IMG/VR virus record: IMGVR_UViG_3300007512_000009
Coordinates: 1 to 64,000 of that record
Direction: 5' to 3' (one strand)
Source of the DNA: a virus
Length of the DNA stretch: 64,000 nucleotides
Shown piece after piece: positions 51,780 through 63,076 of this stretch. The notes beneath the pieces are model-generated. The model was given only the letters and a program-made list of their open reading frames with translations, searched no databases and had not been told where the DNA came from. The first letter of the stretch is position 1. Every line of letters begins with the position of its first letter. A program made the position numbers and the translations under genes.

Positions 51780-53771
51780 ATGGCATTAAAAGCGACACTA
51801 AAAACTCATATTTTACAAAAATTAATAGATGATTTTCGTATAAATTCTGGTAATTCAAATTTTATCTTTGTTGCAAGAGGAACTTCGTGGTCAAACGACA
51901 GTTCTGCACCAACATATGTTGATAACACAGAATCATATAATGATTTACATAAGAGAATGATTGCCGCTAAAAGGATTACATCCACTGATGCCTATCTTAT
52001 GGTCCCCAAAAATACTTGGGTTAGTGGTACTACCTATAGTATGTACACAGATGACGATGATATGTCTGGAATCACATTTTGGTCTACAAATTCAGAAAAT
52101 AACATATATAAATGCATCTATAACGGTCAAACTGGTGGTAACACATCTAGTGCATTAAATACCTCAGATTCTCCAAGAGGCACATCAAATAATGTAATAA
52201 CTACTGGTGATGGATATCAATGGAAATTCATGTTTAAAGTACCAGAAAACTGGAATAGATTTATCACTGACGACTACATTCCAGTTAAAAAGTTGACACT
52301 ACAAGATGGGGTTTCAGAAAAGTTTGATGATGAAAGACAACTACAATATCATGTGCAATATAATGCTGTAAATGGTTCTATAGATTATATCGATATAACT
52401 AGTGCAGGGAATTCGTATGGTAATAACATCAACGCAGTATATACTGATGCTAACCCAGCACTCCCTAAAACTATATTAACGGATGCGACAACTGGTGAAG
52501 GTACTACTGGTACTGGTGTTCTTAGAACCGTAGATTCTACCGTAGACGATTTTTATAATTCCTACTCGCTCAACATTGTTAAGGGTACAGGAATAGGTCA
52601 GTTCAGAAGAATTCAAGACTATAAAGGTGAAACTAGAACATGTACCGTAGATAACTGGACTATATTACCAGACACATCTAGTTTTTTCGAAATAATGCCC
52701 GAAGCAATCATTGATGGTGATGGTACTGGGGCTGTAGCCAGACCATTTTGTGATGGTGTTACTCTTAGCGGTATTGAAGTTATTAATAAAGGTAGCGGTT
52801 TTACTAGAGCAACCGTAAAAATAAAAACTACTAATAGTAGTGGGGCAACATTTGAACCAATATTAAGTCCATATGGTGGTCACGGTTCAGACCCAGTTTC
52901 CGAAATTCCACCGACCAGACTTATGATTTTAGCCAAACTAGACAGGGATGAATCGGGCATTACTTCTGGAAAATTGTATACTGGTTCTTTTCCTTTAAGA
53001 AACGACTTTAGACAATATGGTATAATCAGAAATCCTACGTTAGCAACTGGTGATAGTAAAGGTAAAATCGCAGGTTCAGAGGTAGACTCTGTTACAGACA
53101 TTAAAATCAGTGCCGCCACAGGTTCTGTTTATGGTGCTGGCGATTTTGTAGAGGATGATATTGTATTTGGGGAATCTAGCATAGCCTGCGGTAAGGTATT
53201 ACAATGGTTTAGAAATACTGATATTTCAAAAGGCACTCTTAGGTTATTAAATGTAGGTACTAAATTCAAAATTGGTGAATATGTTGTAGGATTGGGTACT
53301 GGTAGCGATTGGTCTTCAAGTAACAAAGGTAGTGGCTATGTACAATACCAAGACGAAACGGACATCACTCAAACTAACAACCATTATAGGTTGACTACTG
53401 CATTAGAAATTAGGTCAACCGCAGGGAATTCTGGTGACACCTATGGTATTGCCCATAGCAATAGATTTGATTTAGACCAAATTATCATGGGTTCATCTGG
53501 TAGTTCTGCTACTGTAATTGAATATATTCCAAGCGGTGGACAAACTGCAACGTTGTATTTAAGTAATGTTATCGGTAGTTCTGGTGCAGATTATCACGGA
53601 TTTACTGTAGGAGAAAACCTGTCAGGGGTAACTGTTTCGTCTGTAATAAATAAAATATATATACCCGAATTTAATAAAGGTTCAGGTCAACTGTTATATA
53701 TAAATAATGTAACACCTGTCAGTAGACATAATGAACAGGAAGAGGAAATTAAAATTATCATAGACATATGA
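51780..53771 (+). CDS. gp8: Baseplate wedge subunit
   Basis: W.SGTTY...YKCIYN...DGYQWKFMF...DFRQYGIIRNP...SGQLLYINN..PV.R...Q.EEIKIII. Confidence 0.9.
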   Translation: MALKATLKTHILQKLIDDFRINSGNSNFIFVARGTSWSNDSSAPTYVDNTESYNDLHKRMIAAKRITSTDAYLMVPKNTWVSGTTYSMYTDDDDMSGITFWSTNSENNIYKCIYNGQTGGNTSSALNTSDSPRGTSNNVITTGDGYQWKFMFKVPENWNRFITDDYIPVKKLTLQDGVSEKFDDERQLQYHVQYNAVNGSIDYIDITSAGNSYGNNINAVYTDANPALPKTILTDATTGEGTTGTGVLRTVDSTVDDFYNSYSLNIVKGTGIGQFRRIQDYKGETRTCTVDNWTILPDTSSFFEIMPEAIIDGDGTGAVARPFCDGVTLSGIEVINKGSGFTRATVKIKTTNSSGATFEPILSPYGGHGSDPVSEIPPTRLMILAKLDRDESGITSGKLYTGSFPLRNDFRQYGIIRNPTLATGDSKGKIAGSEVDSVTDIKISAATGSVYGAGDFVEDDIVFGESSIACGKVLQWFRNTDISKGTLRLLNVGTKFKIGEYVVGLGTGSDWSSSNKGSGYVQYQDETDITQTNNHYRLTTALEIRSTAGNSGDTYGIAHSNRFDLDQIIMGSSGSSATVIEYIPSGGQTATLYLSNVIGSSGADYHGFTVGENLSGVTVSSVINKIYIPEFNKGSGQLLYINNVTPVSRHNEQEEEIKIIIDI

Positions 53772-53790
53772 TAATGGAATAACTACTAAT

Positions 53791-56700
53791 ATGCCACAAA
53801 ATTACGACGCACAATTGTTTAATAAAACCCCTTATTATGATGACTATGATGAGGACAAGAGATTTCTTAGGTCTTTATTTAAGCCAGGCGTTGCTATTCA
53901 AGCACGTGAATTGACTCAACTTCAGACTGTTCTTCAAACGCAAATTGAAAGAATGGGTAGTCACATATTTGATAATGGAGCAGTAATCGCAGGTGGTGGT
54001 ATTGCTGAATCTAAAATCAACTATGCACGATTAGGTACTGCTGATGCATTAACTTCTACTGCATTAAGCAGTTTAGTCGGCCAGCAAATTTATGACCCGA
54101 ATCACATAAACGGTGTTGTGCTACACGTACTTAGTGGTTCTACTTTAAGTTCAGACCCTAATCAAGTAGTATTTTACCAATATACATCCAATGGTATTTT
54201 CACAGAGGGTACTCAAATAGGTACTACTGGTTCTGACAGCGTTGGTGTGACTTTTTCAATTGCTAATTCAGGTACTACAGCACCATCAATCGGGGCTGAT
54301 GCAAACATATTTACAGTAGATGACGGTATTTTCTATGTTGATGGATATTTTATTAGAAATTCAAAACAATCAGCAGTACCGTACTACACAACAGGTAATT
54401 ATAGTGCCACCACTGGTGATAGTAGATATAGAGGGTTCGGAAGCCCAACATCATCTGTAGGTTGGAGTGTTGAAAGAACAGTAACAGACCATAATGGTGA
54501 TGTTAGCCTTCGTGACCCATCTGCAGGATTTAACAATTATAATGCGCCGGGCGCAGACAGATATACAGTAAATCTTACATTAAGTCATGTCCCATTTGAT
54601 GGTTCTATTGGAAGTGCTTCTGGTCTTACATTCGATAATAAGGATTTTGTTGAATTGGTAAGGGTAGTGGGTGGTAGTAGTACAAAAACAGTAAAATACA
54701 CAGATTATGCAGAAATTGAAGAAACTTTTGCTAGAAGGACTTTCGATGAATCTGGTAATTACACAGTTAATGCACCTAAGTTGAGGGTAATATCTCACGG
54801 TTCAGTGTTCTCACCATCTGATAGTACAAAATTTGCTGTGGGTATTGACCCTAATAAGTCTTATGTGGGTGGGTTTGAGGTAGATACACAAAGTGTTGCA
54901 TATCTTGAGGTAGATAAAACTAGAGATATAGGTGAAGTACCTGCATATGGTGAAAATCTTGATACAGCACTTGGTAATTATGTATTAGTTAATAGAACTG
55001 ATGTTGATGGTGGATTTGGTGGTGCATCTCAAGGAGATTTTAATGAATCTGCACTAGCAATGAGCAAGCAAAGGTCTTTTAGTATCTGGAAAGATTTCTC
55101 AATCTCTGGTACATCAATTGGTTCATGTAATCTTAGAACAATTGTCAATAACCCTGATGATAAAAATCTCAAAGCGTACCTTTTCAATGTGGGTATGAGT
55201 TCCGATGGTGCATCTGGTTATAAGTTTTCCTCTGCAGGATATCTAGTTGCTGATGATACAGGGAGCGGACATACTGGTGCTACTGGTGTTTTCTTTAAAC
55301 TCAAAGCAGATGCTAGTGGTTGGACTGGACCACATGATGCAGGTAAACGCTCTCTTATATTCCCAGTTGCAAATAATAAAACAATTGGTAAGTCTGGTCC
55401 TGCATATGAATCAAAATACAATTCTAAATTTGTAGTACAAAAAACTTCGACAGCACACTTTAGTAGTGATGCGGATGGTTCTACAGTTTCCATGTCTGAT
55501 TCTATAGGTTTATTAGACGCAGATGATGATAATTATGTAGTATGGTTTGGTGCAACTTCTGATACTTATACAGGTGTGTCTGCCTCTATTTTAGACCCCT
55601 CTGAATATAATATAAAAATATACGGTGCTGACTCTACCAATGCTAAATTTGTTTTAAGCCTTGTGGGTATGTCTGGACCAGCAGATGGTTCTACAGCATC
55701 GATTTTACATCCAGTAATCTATAATTCAAACAGGATTACTACTAATACTGGTCAAAAAGTATACAGGACTCTTACCCAGACTACACAGTCTTCTACAACA
55801 GTATCTACCTCAGAAACTGTATATTTTAACGGTGCTACGTCCGCTAAATTTATTTTAAACCATGCTCATGTTTATGATGTAAAAGAAGTTTCTAATGAGG
55901 GTAACGACATTGCTCTGAGCGATATAACCATAGAAGATGGTCAAAGACAGTCTGCATTCCATAGAAGTTCTGTTTATATCCCTGTAAGTTCACTAGTACT
56001 GGTTGGTTCGGAATACAGATGCCTGTTCACCTATGACTACTATGCACACTCTGGTATTGGCCCAGTTACAGTTAACAGTTATCCAGATTCGTATGAAGAT
56101 GTCCCAGAATTTAATGACCCAGATAGCGGTAAAATTTTAAAACTAAGAGAACATATAGATTTTAGACCTGTACAAAATTCTGATAATACTTATACAGAAT
56201 TTGGTATACCATTCTTTAAAAATAATAACTCATATTCTCAAATAGGCTATAGTTACTATTTACCCAGAATAGACAAAATTTCACTTTGCAAAGATAGAAC
56301 ATATAGAGTCATAAAAGGTGTACCTTCAATAAATCCACAATCACCACAGACATCCTCTGAGGACATGGATTTGTATTTGTTGAAAATTAAACCTTACGTA
56401 TTTAACCTAGGTAAAGATGTCGATGCAAAATACATTGACAATAGACGATTTACCATGAAAACAATAGGTGAATTAGAAAATCAAGTAGAAAACGTTGAAA
56501 GGGACAGACATCTAGAATCGATGTATACCTCTGCGGTCGCTCTAGGGGCTGCAGTGACATCTACGACTCTTATTGAAGAAGGTACTCTAATAGACGATTT
56601 TAGTGGACATGCATTTGGTGATGTATCAAATAGAGATAACAATTGCAGTATGGACTTTAAAGACAGAGGGCTTAAAGCACCATTTACCACAAATGCATTA

Positions 56701-58866
56701 AAATTTGATGTTAACACATTACCTTCAGGGTTAACATTGACTTCTGGTAGAGTTGTAACTTACGACTTCACAGAAGAGAAGGCACTAGGTGTATCGTTTG
56801 GTACTAGTTCGCTGAAAGTCAACCCTTATGGTAATACAGATTTCTTAGGTTATCTAAAACTAAATCCTGCATCTGATTTTTGGTATGATACAGAAACCAA
56901 TCCAGAGGTTTTGGTCAATTCATTTGGTGAAAACAACCAATATCAAACAACAGGGAACGCATGGCAAGCAGGACGTTCTGCGGGTTGGGGTAGCGAATAT
57001 GGTGAATGGAGAAGTCACTGGTTGGGTTCAGAAGAGTTGAATGAAACCATGTCGAAAGTAGACCCCTTAGACAGAAATTATAAATTACCAGTAAAATCAG
57101 CAAGGGCCCAGTTACCTGACAGAGTTCTAAGAGAATCTAACGATAGAACAGTGGATGAAAGTATTGTTCCTTATATGAGGTCAGTAGGTGTTACTTTTGA
57201 TGCTACTGGTTTATTGCCTGGTTCAACAGTTTATGCTTTATTTGATGGTGTATTGGTGGGTGCATCCGGCACAGGTTACTCGGTTAGTAGTCAAGGTGCA
57301 GTTAGCGGTAGAGTTACAGTTGGTAACTCCTATTTAACAGGTGAGAAGACATTTAGATTAACAAACAGTAATACAGACACTTTAAGTAGTACAACAACTG
57401 CAGCCGATGCTAAATTCTATTCACAAGGTTTGTTAAATAGCAAAAGTTCTAATATCATCTCAGATAGACCTGCTATGTCTAGAAGGAAATCTGTTAACAG
57501 CGATAGCATCATTAGCGGACCATATTTGAACACAGTGGATGGTAATTATTCTTCTGTTCAAAACGGATTAGACCCTCTAACACAAGAAATAATTGTGGAT
57601 GCGGGTGCTTTCCCTCAAGGTGTATTCTTAAGTAGTGTTGAGTTATTCTTTAAGAAAGCAGATACTTCTTTACCAGTAACAATCGACATCAGACCCGTTG
57701 TTAATGGTGCACCACACGATTTCTTAGTAGTACCTCATTCAGAAGTTACAGTATTACCAACTACAACTTCGGACGGGCCTAATGGTGGATTAGGAACTAA
57801 ATTTAGTTTTGAATCACCAGTTTATTTACCGCCTGGAAATTGGGCTATCGGTATAATGTCTAATAGTAGCAATAATATATTGTTTAAGGCAGAAGTTGGT
57901 AATGTTTGGTTAGATATAGATGGTACACAAAATGCAAACTCAGACATCTATGGTGGTATGGGATACGGTAATGGAATTCGCCCAGGCAAAATGTTTAAAC
58001 CTTTAAATAATGGTTCTAGACAAAGTAGCAGTCTTGAAAGTGTTACCATGAATGTTCATAGGTGCAGTTTCAGTGGTGGTTCTTTAACCAAAGAACAAAG
58101 AACTCTAATATTAGATGCTACAATGTCATCAGGTTCAACAGCATATGGTCATATAGCAAACGTTGTTAGCAATGACCAGTTATTTACATCAAGTAGCGTA
58201 AGACCTATTTATGATTTGAAGGTCAATGGTGTTAGGTATTCTGGTATTATACCAAATAAAGATGTTACTTTAGTGAAACAAGAAACAATAGATGAAACAG
58301 GTGATATGCAATTAGAGGTAGAATATGGTAGCACTACATCTTCCCTATTAACCCCTGTGTTAGATATGGATAGGATTGGGTCGGTGTTAATCCATGATAG
58401 ATTTACTTGGGCTGTAGTTGGTGCTGATACTGGTTCGGTTCTAGGTGAAACACAAAAGAACTCTGCAGGAGCACCTACTATTGCAAGATATGTATCCAAA
58501 AAATTACATTTTGGTAATTTGATTGCTGACGATTTGAGGGTCTATCTAGACATTGCTCGAAATCAAGGACATGTCAAAGTATTCGCTAAGGTAAACAACG
58601 ATGATGAAGATTTTAACAATATAAAATGGGTTCAACTATATAAGGATGGTGATGCTGAAAAGGAATGGTGGACCGACAGCCAAGCGGAAGTGCTAACACC
58701 AATAGAATTCATGCCGCAGTCCAGTCCAGTTGTCACTTCTTTAGGTGAATTTGATGTTTATGCAATCAAGATTGTGATATTTGGTAGCGATTTGGGTGAA
58801 GGGGATGCAACAGGGATGCCAACAATCAAGAATTTGAGAGCGGTAGCACTAAAGTCTACGGTTTAA
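53791..58866 (+). CDS. Large baseplate/fibre-attachment protein (VrlC/DUF4815-like)
   Basis: PYYDDYDEDK.F...LFKPG..IQARELTQLQ...APGADRY...ARRTFDESGNY...LIDDF. Confidence 0.85.
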   Translation: MPQNYDAQLFNKTPYYDDYDEDKRFLRSLFKPGVAIQARELTQLQTVLQTQIERMGSHIFDNGAVIAGGGIAESKINYARLGTADALTSTALSSLVGQQIYDPNHINGVVLHVLSGSTLSSDPNQVVFYQYTSNGIFTEGTQIGTTGSDSVGVTFSIANSGTTAPSIGADANIFTVDDGIFYVDGYFIRNSKQSAVPYYTTGNYSATTGDSRYRGFGSPTSSVGWSVERTVTDHNGDVSLRDPSAGFNNYNAPGADRYTVNLTLSHVPFDGSIGSASGLTFDNKDFVELVRVVGGSSTKTVKYTDYAEIEETFARRTFDESGNYTVNAPKLRVISHGSVFSPSDSTKFAVGIDPNKSYVGGFEVDTQSVAYLEVDKTRDIGEVPAYGENLDTALGNYVLVNRTDVDGGFGGASQGDFNESALAMSKQRSFSIWKDFSISGTSIGSCNLRTIVNNPDDKNLKAYLFNVGMSSDGASGYKFSSAGYLVADDTGSGHTGATGVFFKLKADASGWTGPHDAGKRSLIFPVANNKTIGKSGPAYESKYNSKFVVQKTSTAHFSSDADGSTVSMSDSIGLLDADDDNYVVWFGATSDTYTGVSASILDPSEYNIKIYGADSTNAKFVLSLVGMSGPADGSTASILHPVIYNSNRITTNTGQKVYRTLTQTTQSSTTVSTSETVYFNGATSAKFILNHAHVYDVKEVSNEGNDIALSDITIEDGQRQSAFHRSSVYIPVSSLVLVGSEYRCLFTYDYYAHSGIGPVTVNSYPDSYEDVPEFNDPDSGKILKLREHIDFRPVQNSDNTYTEFGIPFFKNNNSYSQIGYSYYLPRIDKISLCKDRTYRVIKGVPSINPQSPQTSSEDMDLYLLKIKPYVFNLGKDVDAKYIDNRRFTMKTIGELENQVENVERDRHLESMYTSAVALGAAVTSTTLIEEGTLIDDFSGHAFGDVSNRDNNCSMDFKDRGLKAPFTTNALKFDVNTLPSGLTLTSGRVVTYDFTEEKALGVSFGTSSLKVNPYGNTDFLGYLKLNPASDFWYDTETNPEVLVNSFGENNQYQTTGNAWQAGRSAGWGSEYGEWRSHWLGSEELNETMSKVDPLDRNYKLPVKSARAQLPDRVLRESNDRTVDESIVPYMRSVGVTFDATGLLPGSTVYALFDGVLVGASGTGYSVSSQGAVSGRVTVGNSYLTGEKTFRLTNSNTDTLSSTTTAADAKFYSQGLLNSKSSNIISDRPAMSRRKSVNSDSIISGPYLNTVDGNYSSVQNGLDPLTQEIIVDAGAFPQGVFLSSVELFFKKADTSLPVTIDIRPVVNGAPHDFLVVPHSEVTVLPTTTSDGPNGGLGTKFSFESPVYLPPGNWAIGIMSNSSNNILFKAEVGNVWLDIDGTQNANSDIYGGMGYGNGIRPGKMFKPLNNGSRQSSSLESVTMNVHRCSFSGGSLTKEQRTLILDATMSSGSTAYGHIANVVSNDQLFTSSSVRPIYDLKVNGVRYSGIIPNKDVTLVKQETIDETGDMQLEVEYGSTTSSLLTPVLDMDRIGSVLIHDRFTWAVVGADTGSVLGETQKNSAGAPTIARYVSKKLHFGNLIADDLRVYLDIARNQGHVKVFAKVNNDDEDFNNIKWVQLYKDGDAEKEWWTDSQAEVLTPIEFMPQSSPVVTSLGEFDVYAIKIVIFGSDLGEGDATGMPTIKNLRAVALKSTV

Positions 58867-58874
58867 AAAGAAGA

Positions 58875-58882
58875 TATAAATA
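58875..58882 (+). promoter_or_regulatory. T4-type late promoter TATAAATA
   Basis: Exact octamer upstream of 58904. Confidence 0.7.
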
Positions 58883-58903
58883 CTAATAGGAAAATAGTAA
58901 AAA

Positions 58904-60382
58904 ATGGGAACATCGACAACAACACCACCTTCAGGAACAACATCAGACCCAGTACCTAGTCTGTATTTGTCTGATACATTTTATACATGGTATAATAATA
59001 CCAATGATTTGATTAACAAAGTAAATCCGATTGAGGTCTATACCATTCGTGGTATTACTCATAGTGACCATAGTGTTACCTATCAAGCAGGTGGTACTAA
59101 TGATTTCGAAGGTGTTACCCTTGATGATTTAGGAAATGGTAACTGGAGAATTGGTTACATCCTTCCAGAGAAGATTACTGGTGGTCATACTTGGTATCAA
59201 CATGCTGATTTTAAAAAGGGCCCATCTGGTCACATTGCAAATAGTTTTTGTGGTAGAACTGGTGAAATCGTTGGTGCGAATACCGTAAGTGGTAGATATC
59301 CAGAAATAACTGGTGGTACAGGTAATATTACTGGTTGTGTCATCGAAATTAATAGTCTTTTGGCATCAGCAGGTGGTACTATCTCCCTTACTGCGGGTGA
59401 CATTTCTGGTTCTCTTGGACGTGCTACTGGCCCACAAGGTTACATATTAGGTTCGACTGTTGATGGGTCACCAATCCAAGAACCAATCAGATTGTTCCAA
59501 GGTTACGTTGATACCTTACAGGATGCTTTGTTTTTGGTAGGACATGCGGGTGACACAGCAGGTATTGGTTCTCCACCGAGAGCAGTATTCGGTAGCAGTA
59601 CAGTACCTTCTCACCCAAGCCATTCGAGTTCTTTGGTAACAATTGATTCGATAGGTATGTCTGGTGCTTCATATGACCAACACGGTCTTGTAATTAGCCA
59701 AAACCTCAATAAAGGGTATCATATTAAGTCCTCCACTGGTGGATTTGGTCTAGCGGCCTCTGGAGGCGTCTACATTGATATTCAAAGCGGTGCAGGTAAC
59801 ACTGGTTCATTTGTTATCAAAAAATCTACTGTTGCAGAATCTGGATACTCTGCAGGTACTGAATTGTTTAAAATAGACCCCGACAGTACCATGCATTTAA
59901 CCAATATAATTCAGGATTCTGCAAGCAACACAGCAACTGGCGTATCGGCTGGATATTTTTTAATTTCTGATGCTAACAGTAAAATGGTATGGAAGAATGC
60001 ACCAGAGGGTGCATGGGAGTATTCTACTGACTCTGTCATAGAGAATGCACAATGGTTCAAACTGAATAATGTTCCTGATAATGTCATAGGGTCGACCGAT
60101 AGTCACATGTTAACAGTTTATTGGAGTAATGGTTCAGCCCAAGGTCAATATTCCCCAACTGGTACAATGAAGGTGCAAACCACGGCCGACAGTGCCGACG
60201 CAGTTACCATTTCAAATACAGTAACATTCCACGGAAACGGCTCTAATGATGGCGGAGGTACTATAATTAACAAAGTATTTGGCGAAAAAACGATGCTTGT
60301 TGAACCCAATGGTCATGCTGGCCAGTTCTATATCTATCACAGCCCAAGAGGTGGAAACCTTGAATACTATATATGGTCATAA
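58904..60382 (+). CDS. Putative short fibre / virion protein
   Basis: SDTFYTWYNNTN N-terminus typical of fibre anchors; Gly/Ser/Thr-rich. Confidence 0.65.
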   Translation: MGTSTTTPPSGTTSDPVPSLYLSDTFYTWYNNTNDLINKVNPIEVYTIRGITHSDHSVTYQAGGTNDFEGVTLDDLGNGNWRIGYILPEKITGGHTWYQHADFKKGPSGHIANSFCGRTGEIVGANTVSGRYPEITGGTGNITGCVIEINSLLASAGGTISLTAGDISGSLGRATGPQGYILGSTVDGSPIQEPIRLFQGYVDTLQDALFLVGHAGDTAGIGSPPRAVFGSSTVPSHPSHSSSLVTIDSIGMSGASYDQHGLVISQNLNKGYHIKSSTGGFGLAASGGVYIDIQSGAGNTGSFVIKKSTVAESGYSAGTELFKIDPDSTMHLTNIIQDSASNTATGVSAGYFLISDANSKMVWKNAPEGAWEYSTDSVIENAQWFKLNNVPDNVIGSTDSHMLTVYWSNGSAQGQYSPTGTMKVQTTADSADAVTISNTVTFHGNGSNDGGGTIINKVFGEKTMLVEPNGHAGQFYIYHSPRGGNLEYYIWS

Positions 60383-60417
60383 CAAAAATGAAAAAAAGGT
60401 TAAATTAATAAAAAAAT

Positions 60418-61425
60418 ATGGCATCAAAAACAATAAGATATAGTTATTTACTAACAGGTGGTAGAGTGAGTGGCGGCTCTGGTGGAACACCAGACAACGA
60501 TGACCTTACCGAACATGGTGCGAGTACGTATAGAACATATACTGTAGGTATCGATGATAAATTTTCAAAAGGAGATTCTAAACGAGCAAGAGGCAGTGTG
60601 ATGGAAGCACTTGGACCATATCCATATGGAACAGAATATATATTATACGCTGAAGGTGGATGCGGTGATTTTGTTTTGGGTACTACTTGCCAACAGCAAG
60701 TTGGTGGTGAAACATTAAATGCAATAGTGACATTATGGGAACACACTACTAGCCATAACTTTAACATTTGGCCAGGTAATACAAATGGATATATTCTTGG
60801 TATAGCAAATGTTGGCCCGACTGGTGGTACAGGACTCAACGGGCCGACGGGGCCTGGACACAGTGGTGGTTACACAGCCAATAGTGCAGGTACTGGTGGA
60901 AAAGTTTTTCATGGTACTACACATGGTTGGTCTGGTGGTGGTTGTTCTTGGGATGTTAGGGACATAAATAGAATAATAAATCCAGACGATTACAGAACTG
61001 TATGTACAGATTTCGAAATAGATGCTATCACCCAAGGTATTGATTATACTGCTTTATTATATAATGAAAGTGGTAATACACTGGATTTGACCAACACCAT
61101 TACCCACATGGAAGAGTTAAAACATAAAATATATAACAACCACACTATTTACGGTACTGCCAATGCGAATTTTTCTATAAGTGGATGTGTAATAATGGAT
61201 TCCAACGGAGATTCTTTTACTATAAATGCTATTTCAGGTGGAACACCAGATAATGGTAATGTATCTCAGTTTACTACTCTTTATTATCATTGGTCTATAG
61301 CCGATGATGCATTTGATGTAATTAGAGATGGAATTCTTTCTGACTATACAGCAGGAACTGGTGGTAGCCAAGGAGCATTAGATTCTGTTCATAAATTACG
61401 AACACTATACGATAGCAGGAATTGA
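60418..61425 (+). CDS. Hypothetical virion protein
   Basis: 335 aa, Gly/Thr-rich, in the late cluster. Confidence 0.6.
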   Translation: MASKTIRYSYLLTGGRVSGGSGGTPDNDDLTEHGASTYRTYTVGIDDKFSKGDSKRARGSVMEALGPYPYGTEYILYAEGGCGDFVLGTTCQQQVGGETLNAIVTLWEHTTSHNFNIWPGNTNGYILGIANVGPTGGTGLNGPTGPGHSGGYTANSAGTGGKVFHGTTHGWSGGGCSWDVRDINRIINPDDYRTVCTDFEIDAITQGIDYTALLYNESGNTLDLTNTITHMEELKHKIYNNHTIYGTANANFSISGCVIMDSNGDSFTINAISGGTPDNGNVSQFTTLYYHWSIADDAFDVIRDGILSDYTAGTGGSQGALDSVHKLRTLYDSRN

Positions 61426-61434
61426 ACATAAAAT

Positions 61435-62184
61435 ATGGCTACACCAACATCCAGACAGACTCTTAAAGAATACTCACTACGAAGGTTGGGTCATCCTGTC
61501 ATCGAAATTAATATTGATGACTCTCAGATGGAAGATAACCTTGATGATGCTATCCAATTCTTCCAAGAATACCACTTTGATGGTGTGCTTCAAGTATATT
61601 TAAAACACCAAGTCACATCAAGTGATATAACTAATGGTTATATAGACATGGATGCTGTTGATTCGAATGTAGTTTCTGTAACTAAACTATTCAATCTCGC
61701 TGTAAATTCAGTAAATCTCTTCGATGTTTCCTACCAACTTGCATTGAACGACTTCTTTGGTACTTTTACTTCAGGTACTTTAACTAATTACACACTAAAC
61801 AAGCAACACCTAGAAATGTTGGAAGACATTTTAGACCCAGAAAAGAATATACGATTTAATAAGGTGCAAAATAGATTATATGGTGATTTTAATTGGAGCG
61901 ATGATTTGGATGCTGATGATTATCTTGTTATAGAAGCATATTCAAAGTTAGACCCAGAAACTTATACAGAAATTTATAATGATAGACTATTAAAAAAATA
62001 TACTACTGCATTATTTAAAAGAACATGGGGCAGTAACTTATCGAAATTTGAAGGTGTTCAATTGCCTGGCGGAATCCAATTTAACGGTCAAAGGATTTTG
62101 GATGAGGCTAGAGAAGAAATTCAAAAGATAGAAGAAGAGGTGCAAGAAACTTATGAATTACCACCAGACTTCAGTGTAGGATAA
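61435..62184 (+). CDS. gp13: Neck protein
   Basis: P.SR..LKEY.LRRLGHPVIEIN...YHFDG...LKKYTTALFKR.WG.NLSKF.GVQLPGG. Confidence 0.95.
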   Translation: MATPTSRQTLKEYSLRRLGHPVIEINIDDSQMEDNLDDAIQFFQEYHFDGVLQVYLKHQVTSSDITNGYIDMDAVDSNVVSVTKLFNLAVNSVNLFDVSYQLALNDFFGTFTSGTLTNYTLNKQHLEMLEDILDPEKNIRFNKVQNRLYGDFNWSDDLDADDYLVIEAYSKLDPETYTEIYNDRLLKKYTTALFKRTWGSNLSKFEGVQLPGGIQFNGQRILDEAREEIQKIEEEVQETYELPPDFSVG

Positions 62185-62203
62185 AAGGGGTTAAATAACA
62201 TTT

Positions 62204-63076
62204 ATGGCTATTAATCCACATTTTAAACCCCAAAAAGGTGAACAAGATATAATTGAAGACTTGACCGTAGAAACGATTAAAATTCACGGTCATGATTTTA
62301 TATATTTACCAAGAACACTAGTTAAAGAAGATGAATTGTTTGGTGAAGATGTACTATCTAAATTCACCAATGGGATAGAGTTGGAAATGTATATTGAATC
62401 TGTAGACGGATTTGAGGGCGAAGGTGATTTTATCTCTAAATTTGGTCTTGAAATTAGGGATTCGATGAGTTTGGTATTGTCTAAGAAAAGATTTACACAA
62501 GAGGTGACACCTGTAGTACCTACTGTTTTAACTCCTAGAGAGGGGGATTTGATTTATTTTCCCAAAACACAGGGTATTTTTGAAATCAAATTCGTAGAAC
62601 ATGAAAACCCATTCTACCAATTAAACAAACTATATACCTATAAACTTTCATGTGAGTTATTCCAATACAGTCAAGAAGATATCGATACTGGTTGGACAAA
62701 TGTGGATAAAATTGAATCCGACAGGATGGATTTTGTCGTTGAATTAACTATGACTGGTGGTGTAACTGGTACGTTTGAAACTGGTGAATATATATTTGAT
62801 AATGCAACGTATGCTACTTCAACCAACACCGCAGAAGTTATCAAATGGACATCTTCTACTAAGGTTATGCAAATTGCAGGTCAATCTGGTAATATCGGAC
62901 TGGTTGGGGTCACAGGACAATGTGGTGGATATGCAGTTGTCGGTTCTACAGCATCACCATCAACTACTACTGTCATCCCTACAGACACCTATTCCGATAA
63001 TAGGGATTTCCAAATTGAAGCAGATGATATATTTGACTTTACTGACCAAGACCCATTCTCAGAGGGTAATTATTAA
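62204..63076 (+). CDS. gp14: Neck protein
   Basis: EQ...EDL..E.IKIHG...YLPR...FGED..SKF...EGDLIYFP...EHE.PFYQL...DPFSE. Confidence 0.95.
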   Translation: MAINPHFKPQKGEQDIIEDLTVETIKIHGHDFIYLPRTLVKEDELFGEDVLSKFTNGIELEMYIESVDGFEGEGDFISKFGLEIRDSMSLVLSKKRFTQEVTPVVPTVLTPREGDLIYFPKTQGIFEIKFVEHENPFYQLNKLYTYKLSCELFQYSQEDIDTGWTNVDKIESDRMDFVVELTMTGGVTGTFETGEYIFDNATYATSTNTAEVIKWTSSTKVMQIAGQSGNIGLVGVTGQCGGYAVVGSTASPSTTTVIPTDTYSDNRDFQIEADDIFDFTDQDPFSEGNY